Of a DNA stretch of 64,000 nt, positions 56,357-64,000 are shown one piece after another. The DNA lies in the NCBI GenBank assembly GCA_964016885.1, contig OZ024740.1, positions 116,560,001 to 116,624,000 on the forward strand, given 5' to 3'. Origin of the DNA: Eledone cirrhosa (Eukaryota). The notes under the pieces are model-generated. The model ran no database searches. It was not told the DNA's origin and saw nothing but the letters and a program-made list of their open reading frames with translations. Every line of letters begins with the position of its first letter. Position 1 is the first letter of the stretch. The position numbers and the translations under genes are program-made.

Positions 56357-56588
56357 ATACCCATCTGCCAGATAGTTGAACGTTCGAAAGTATATACTTT
56401 CCTTATGAAAATTAACGGCTGAGCAGCCTAATTTGCATATTGAGTGAGTTAAATCGGTCAGGCATACCGAAAACGATAAGTTGAAATAAAATGAAAACGA
56501 AATTTCATTTCTCACTCTTAGTATGGCACATACCTTAACACCGTATGGCATAAATTCAGGCTGTTCAGTTTGATCTTCCTCAAGTATA

Positions 56589-56634
<46 letters not shown>

Positions 56635-56795
56635 TATACATATCTATATATATATATAGATACACATATCTACATATATATATATATACACATATATATA
56701 CATATCTATATATATATACACATATATATACATATATATATACATATCTATATATATATATATATATATACACATATATATACATATATATATAC

Positions 56796-56861
<66 letters not shown>

Positions 56862-56867
<6 letters not shown>

Positions 56868-57397
56868 AAAGAATAGAGGTGTAACACACAAGTTATTATA
56901 TGTTGGTAAACGGAATAGAAAATGCTGACAAATTGTTCACAGTTGAAAAATGGTTTAATTAGGAATAAAAGAGTATTAGTGATTGTATGGGTTAGTATTC
57001 AGTTGTGGTTTTAAGTTTTTAAGTTTTTACCGGTTGCGCATTTCTAAATGCTTTTCAAAAATAATTTTGAGATAGAGTGTCCGTGCTGTTTGCTCTGATC
57101 TGATTAGTTTTGGGAATTCTACCTGTTTTTATGTTAAAAAAATGGCTCCAGCGTTATTTTTGTGTTGCAAAAATGCTTGTGGTCAAAACAATTTTGATTG
57201 GTCGGTAGAGGTCATGTGAATGTAAAAAGTTGATTTTGCGCCAAGACTATTTTTATGTTAAAATGTTAGAAAAGTGGCTCCAGCAAAAATTATTGGTCAA
57301 AACAATTTTGATTGGTCGGTTGAGGTCATGTGGATAAAAAATTGGTTTTGCGCCAAGATTGAGAAATGACTCTTTCACAACAAATATGTGTGTGTGT

Positions 57398-57469
<72 letters not shown>

Positions 57470-59318
57470 TAGTAGTAGTAGTAAGGTGTTCGATGCTGCG
57501 ACAATAGCCAGCAGCGATGTGTGTCAAATGGCTATTAAGATAAGTGTGTGTGTGTGTGTGTGTGTGTGTGCGTACATACACACAGCAGAGTCATTCGAAG
57601 GTCAAAAGATATTTTTCAGCTTTTGTCTTATACGGAGAAGTGCGCGTGTGTGTGTGTGTGTGTATAAGTCTCTTTGTATGTTGATGTACGCGTGTGTATG
57701 TGTTTGTGTATATATGTGTGTGTGTGTGTGTGTGTGTGCGTGTGTGGGTGGACCACTATTTTTTTCCCCCTGGTAAAATGGTGTACATTATTCGATTTTT
57801 TCAGTAAAATCGGTTCTCTTAATAGAACATCAACAATCTTAACAATAAAAGGTGTGAAATGATATTCACTATATATATATACACACACGCACACACATAT
57901 ACATTTTCACTACATATATATATATATATATACATATATACATACATATATATGCACATATATTTTTTTGTATTGCACCATAGAGCATGTGTGTTTACGT
58001 GTGTCATTGTGTTTATATGTGGGTAGAGATGTGTGCTGATGTAGGTATGTATGTTGACGTGTGTATGTTGTGGGTTCGTCTTAGGGAGAAGTGTTTAGAC
58101 GGGGTCCGTATTTGTTAATGAAGTAAGATTCCTTGCTGATGCGCTGGGTGTGGGTGGCATTATCTTTAAATTTGTAGAGGGGAAAGATTCTGAAGTTGGG
58201 ATGATTTTGGGCGGCACAGGTATCAATGTGTTCACTCAGTGGTATTTTCCTGTATTCCCGTATTTTAATTTGGGATCTATGGACAGTCATGCGTTGGCGG
58301 AGGCTGTTTTTGGTCTGGCCTATGTATTGTTCTCGACAACCTGAACAAGTTAATACATATATTAAATTTTCCGATGCACATGTGAAATTGTGTTTTACTA
58401 TAAAACGTTGTCCATCTTTGAAATAGAATTCCGAACCCTCTATTAGGTTGATGCAAATGCCACAGTTGGGTCTATCGCATTTTTTTACTGTGGGTTTCGT
58501 TGTTGTGGTTGGCAGTACTTTGGCATGTGTTAAGATGTTTTTCATTGACTTGGATTGTCTTTTGCTCTTTATGATATCGTGTGTTCGTAGAATTTGGTTC
58601 ATTCTATGGTCCTTTTTCAATACAGGGATGTTCTGGAGGATGGTGTCAAAGGCCTCATTGTTGAGGGGGTTGTGTGTGGAGATGTATGGAAGAGCTTTTA
58701 GTTTTGGTTGATTTACTTTAGGGTGTCTAAGGTCCTGGGTACTGAGTTTTAGGGCACGTTGGATTCCATTGTCAATTAGTGATGCAGGGTAGTCCCTGCC
58801 TATGAGTGTGTCCTTTAGTTCTTGTAGCCGTAAGTAGCAGATTGTTGTGAAAGAGTCATTTCTCAATCTTGGCGCAAAACCAATTTTTTATCCACATGAC
58901 CTCTACCGACCAATCAAAATTGTTTTGACCAATAATTTTTGCTGGAGCCACTTTTCTAACATTTTAACATAAAAACAGTCTTGGCGCAAAATCAACTTTT
59001 TACATTCACATGACCTCTACCGACCAATCAAAATTGTTTTGACCACAAGCATTTTTGCAACACAAAAATAACGCTGGAGCCATTTTTTTAACATAAAAAC
59101 AGGTAGAATTCCCAAAACTAATCAGATCAGAGCAAACAGCACGGACACTCTATCTCAAAATTATTTTTGAAAAGCATTTAGAAATGCGCAACCGGTAAAA
59201 ACTTAAAAACTTAAAACCACAACTGAATACTAACCCATACAATCACTAATACTCTTTTATTCCTAATTAAACCATTTTTCAACTGTGAACAATTTGTCAG
59301 CATTTTCTATTCCGTTTA

Positions 59319-59322
<4 letters not shown>
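56862..59322 (-). mobile_element. 5'-truncated PLE (Neptune-like) with ~480 bp inverted terminal arms, between (TA)n tracts
   Basis: 56903-57383 is the reverse complement of 58843-59322; single-copy tail 56862-56902. Confidence 0.9.
58081..58842 (-). pseudogene. PLE RT-thumb, Cys linker and GIY-YIG endonuclease (truncated ORF)
   Basis: L..RDYP..LI, PYISTHNP, C.RPNCGIC, FTCASENLIYVLTCSGC..YIGQT..LRQRMTVHRS, ESYFINKY.P.LN. Confidence 0.9.
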
Positions 59323-59374
<52 letters not shown>

Positions 59375-59560
59375 TATATATATATATATATACATATATA
59401 TAACCATTGATCTGGATGCATAAATACAGCCTGAATAGAACATCATATTTCAAATCTATGGAACTTAACTCTTTACTGAGTCGTAGGACACCGTAGTGAT
59501 ATACTGTTTGCCTTTGGCACAACCCATCCCTCTCTAAGTCTGAACATAGCCAATTTCTTC

Positions 59561-59715
<155 letters not shown>

Positions 59716-60307
59716 ATTGACCGCAGTACTGGGTTGGCATTTATTTATCGACCGCGAAAGGATGAAAGGCAAAGTTGACCTTGGCTGCATTTGAACTCAG
59801 AGCGCAGAGAACAATGTAGACTAATGCTTCTTTGAGTATATATTGCTTTTTTTGTATTGCACTGTCTCTACTTTAAACGTAATGCTTGTACTTACCAGTG
59901 TTATTTTCTCTATGTATATATATATATATATTTGAAGTCCTAGGCGTTATTATATTTCCTTGCATCATTTTTATCATTCCCAAGGCACCTATTATTATTA
60001 CTATTGTTTCTGTTTTCAATCCTCACATTCTAGTTATCTTTATTTCCTGATCTTTATAATTGGTTAGCATCCATTTCTTTTAGAGATACAATATCGTCTG
60101 TTGCAATTGATACCTGGATTGGGAGACACTTTTTTTCTGAATAAAATTGGTCGATAGTATCTGGGGCATTGTCTTATGTGGTTGAGTCTGTCTGAATCGG
60201 CATATTGTCACTTACAGTCATTCTCTGATTCGTTTTGTTGGGTGTGTTCGTAATATTTTTTTCTGCGCATATTGCATAATACTGACTTAGTCTCTTACAT
60301 TTTAAAG

Positions 60308-60346
<39 letters not shown>

Positions 60347-60414
60347 TAACAGATGAAAGTTTAAGCAAAGAATCGCTGCTTTCACCCTTAACGGGATCTT
60401 CTTAAACTTTATAT

Positions 60415-60449
<35 letters not shown>

Positions 60450-60748
60450 CACACACACATTGGTAAGTAGTCGGTCCCGTTTATTCGCGGAATTGTCCTT
60501 AGAGCCTAACTAATAATTGTTCGTGGAATCGTAAATATCTTCTGCGAATTTTTAATAGCTTTATTTTTGTTGCAATATATATTTTTTCACGCTTTTTAAC
60601 ACTAAATTATTAATAACAATATACCATATTTGTCGGCCAATAGTTTACGTCATGTTTTCACGTTTATAGGCATTTTTATGGACCTCGTCCAATATTCGCG
60701 GTTTTTCACTCTGCACTGCTGCTCTAGAAATGTAAATACCGGGGGACA

Positions 60749-60795
<47 letters not shown>

Positions 60796-61210
60796 TATAT
60801 TTATGGTGATATTAGGGTTTGTTTTTGTGCCTATTTTAACTATGTATGTGTAGCTATGTTTGTTTATTATGGGCGTGGGTGTATTTTTGTTTGTATATCG
60901 AAGGATGTGATGTATACGGAGTCATTAGATATGCTACTCTATGAATTAGAATCCATCAATGTGTTCATAGCTGTTTCTTTGCTCACATTTTGCCGCCAGT
61001 TCCCTTCAAATATCTAACAAGCCGTGTAATAACATAACTTTAAGCAATCCCTGTATAATAAACTATTAGCTCATTACTTCCAACGCGATTTAGAAGGGAT
61101 GAAAGAGGGGAATAAGAGGGGATGAGAACGACAGAGGGAAATATGTATATGATATATATACATACATACACGCATTCACATATATATATATTTATATGTA
61201 TGTATGCATG

Positions 61211-61271
<61 letters not shown>

Positions 61272-61275
<4 letters not shown>

Positions 61276-61887
61276 TCAGGTTTGAGGTTCACCACTGGAT
61301 AGAGCTGGTCAATTCCGTATGGTCAATCGCAATGTAATAATATAGAGAGTACTCAACGTAAAGCAGTACAACCGTCTTTGTTTTTGTAGTTGGTGGTGCT
61401 ATTACGGAGTTAAATATTATAATGAAATGACAGGAGGCTGGATTTGTGTAAATCCTTGAAAGGTTTATTATACTATGATCATTTCAATGACCGGGTTCCG
61501 TATGAATCCGGTGATATCATCAGGTATTCGAAATATAATACGTGAATGTAATAGATAAAATCCATAGATAAAATTCTTGTGGCATGAGATTAACGCTAAC
61601 TTATGTTCCCATCCCTTTCTGTTTTCCTTTATCTGACCGGTAGTAGCACACTGTAAGCTTTAACCACGTCACTCGAGGGCGACCGGCAAAGGTAGAAGGT
61701 GCTGGATAGCGGTCGCCCTCGGGTCCTCGATTTTCAGCCCCATGGATTTTATCCATTACATTCACGTATTATATTTCGAATACCTGATGATATCACCGGA
61801 TTCATAAGGAACCCGGTCATTGAAATGATCATAGTATAATAAACGTTTCAAGGATTTACACAAATCCCGCCCCCTGTCATTTCATTA

Positions 61888-61891
<4 letters not shown>
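61272..61891. mobile_element. Fold-back element (arms 61416-61565 / 61742-61891) with HHR, between (TA)n tracts
   Basis: Inverted arms with a few mismatches; single-copy tail contains gagtactcaa. Confidence 0.88.
61780..61837 (+). ncRNA. Minimal type-I hammerhead ribozyme
   Basis: atac-CTGATGA-stem II (accgg..ccggt)-GAAA-tgatca-TA-gtat; antisense copy at ~61455-61512. Confidence 0.85.
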
Positions 61892-61967
<76 letters not shown>

Positions 61968-62009
61968 CATACATACACGCATTCACATATATATATATAT
62001 TTATATGTA

Positions 62010-62066
<57 letters not shown>

Positions 62067-62144
62067 TATAGAAAGAGTGTGTATGTGTGTGTGTGAGAGA
62101 GAGAGGGTGAGAGAGTGAGAGAGAGAGAGTGAGAGAGAGAGAGA

Positions 62145-62210
<66 letters not shown>

Positions 62211-63013
62211 CGTGAGCTGTCAGTGATGAAACCGTAAAGACTATGATTGATGAAATATCCAGATAGTGATAATAAAAGTAATACGAAATTGTTAATTTTA
62301 GGTTAGTCATTCACCTGTTGTGTATTTTTATGTGTATGCAGGTTGCCTATCATTATGGGACACCCTGCATATATGTGTGTGAGTGTGTTTGTATGTATGT
62401 GTATTTGTGTGTACGTGTGTACAATGTTTCTGAGGAAGACAGTGTAATGGATAATGATCAATCAATCCTCTGAAACGATCGTAAAATAATGAACTAATTA
62501 AGAACCTATCTTCGACTTTTGTTTTATTTTCATTGTTCAATACACACATACACACACGCGCGCGCGCGGACACATATATTTGTGAAGGCGCATGACTTAG
62601 TGGTTAGTGGGTTCGATTCACAATTGTGAGGTTGCGAGTTCGATTCCTGGAGAGGGTGATTTGGAATGCTTGGGCAACTGCTGGTCTTCTACAAAAGCAC
62701 CTTATGTGGGCTTTACCATTTAGATGCAAATGCTGTGGTCATTCATGACAAGGGGATTTTAGCATTTGAACAAACGAGCAACGATGGTTGTTAGACACTA
62801 CGGCTTAATACGGGATGTTTGTTTACAAACACACCGAGCATTATAATAAATGTTCGGTGAATCCATACGTACATATATATATGTGTGCATGTATGTATAT
62901 ATATATACATACTACTGTACGTCTGTATACATGTATGTATGTACGTGTACATACTTATATTTAAGTAACAGCCGTACTAAGAGTGGGAAATGAAATTTCG
63001 TTTCATTTTTTCC

Positions 63014-63123
<110 letters not shown>

Positions 63124-63539
63124 GAGAGTCAGGGCCTGACGGCTCAGCTCTTGCTGTTTCATCAGCTAATTACATAAATATATGTACGTCTATGACTAAA
63201 TGAAAAGACCTGCTTTTTCTCAAAGAATCGTTTTCGTTTCAGGCCTCTGCTCACCCTCCTCTATCTTTCTATTTCTTTATTTATTTCTCAAACGTTAGTA
63301 CTTTTCCTCTTTAAAGTCTGTCTTCAGCCAGAAAGCTTATTTGGCCGGTGCTTATCACGGATTCATAAAGTGACTGAGAGTACAAAACGCCAGGTTATCG
63401 CAGGGTTAAACCCCCAGCTGTTGCTGGTAATCATTTTTTGCTGGGTATACGGAGCAACGTGAAATGAAATGTTTTGTTCAAGAACACAACACGCATCCCA
63501 GGAATCGAACCCACGACGTTATGATCGTAAGTCCAACAC

Positions 63540-63594
<55 letters not shown>

Positions 63595-63687
63595 AACTGT
63601 CCGATTTGACGAGGTCTGGAATCTTCTCGATCGACTGTTGATATACTTATGTGTGTATGTATGTATATTATATATATATATATATAT

Positions 63688-63740
<53 letters not shown>

Positions 63741-63767
63741 GTATTTATATATGTATATCTATATATG

Positions 63768-63826
<59 letters not shown>

Positions 63827-63907
63827 TATATATATATATGTATATATATATGTATTTATATATGTATATGTATATATATATATTAATACACACACCACAC
63901 ACACACA

Positions 63908-63991
<84 letters not shown>

Positions 63992-64000
63992 CAAGTATTG

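Overview
AT-rich animal genomic DNA made almost entirely of repeats. The repeat landscape suggests a mollusc, probably an octopus-like cephalopod; this is inference, not verified. No host protein-coding gene can be supported, and most ORF-track entries are translations of (TA)n, (CA)n and (TACA)n microsatellites. The real coding remnants are all mobile elements: a near-complete Penelope-like element (PLE; RT plus C-terminal GIY-YIG, 48937-51138), a 5'-truncated second PLE (GIY-YIG, 58081-58842), and fragments of Tx1/L1-, RTE-, R4/Dong-, CRE- and Vingi-like LINEs and a mariner. Many tRNA-derived SINEs occur, often in head-to-tail arrays. The main hidden structure is roughly 18 loci with minimal type-I hammerhead ribozyme (HHR) motifs. 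They lie in PLE pseudo-LTRs, in a retrozyme-like direct-repeat element, and in many short non-coding fold-back (palindromic) elements of different sequence families, nearly all embedded in or abutting (TA)n tracts. Two families carry a covarying U3-A8 core. One fold-back family is traceable to the truncated PLE at 56.9-59.3 kb. A 200-N gap lies at 47364-47563. Coordinates were read by eye and may be off by a few bases.
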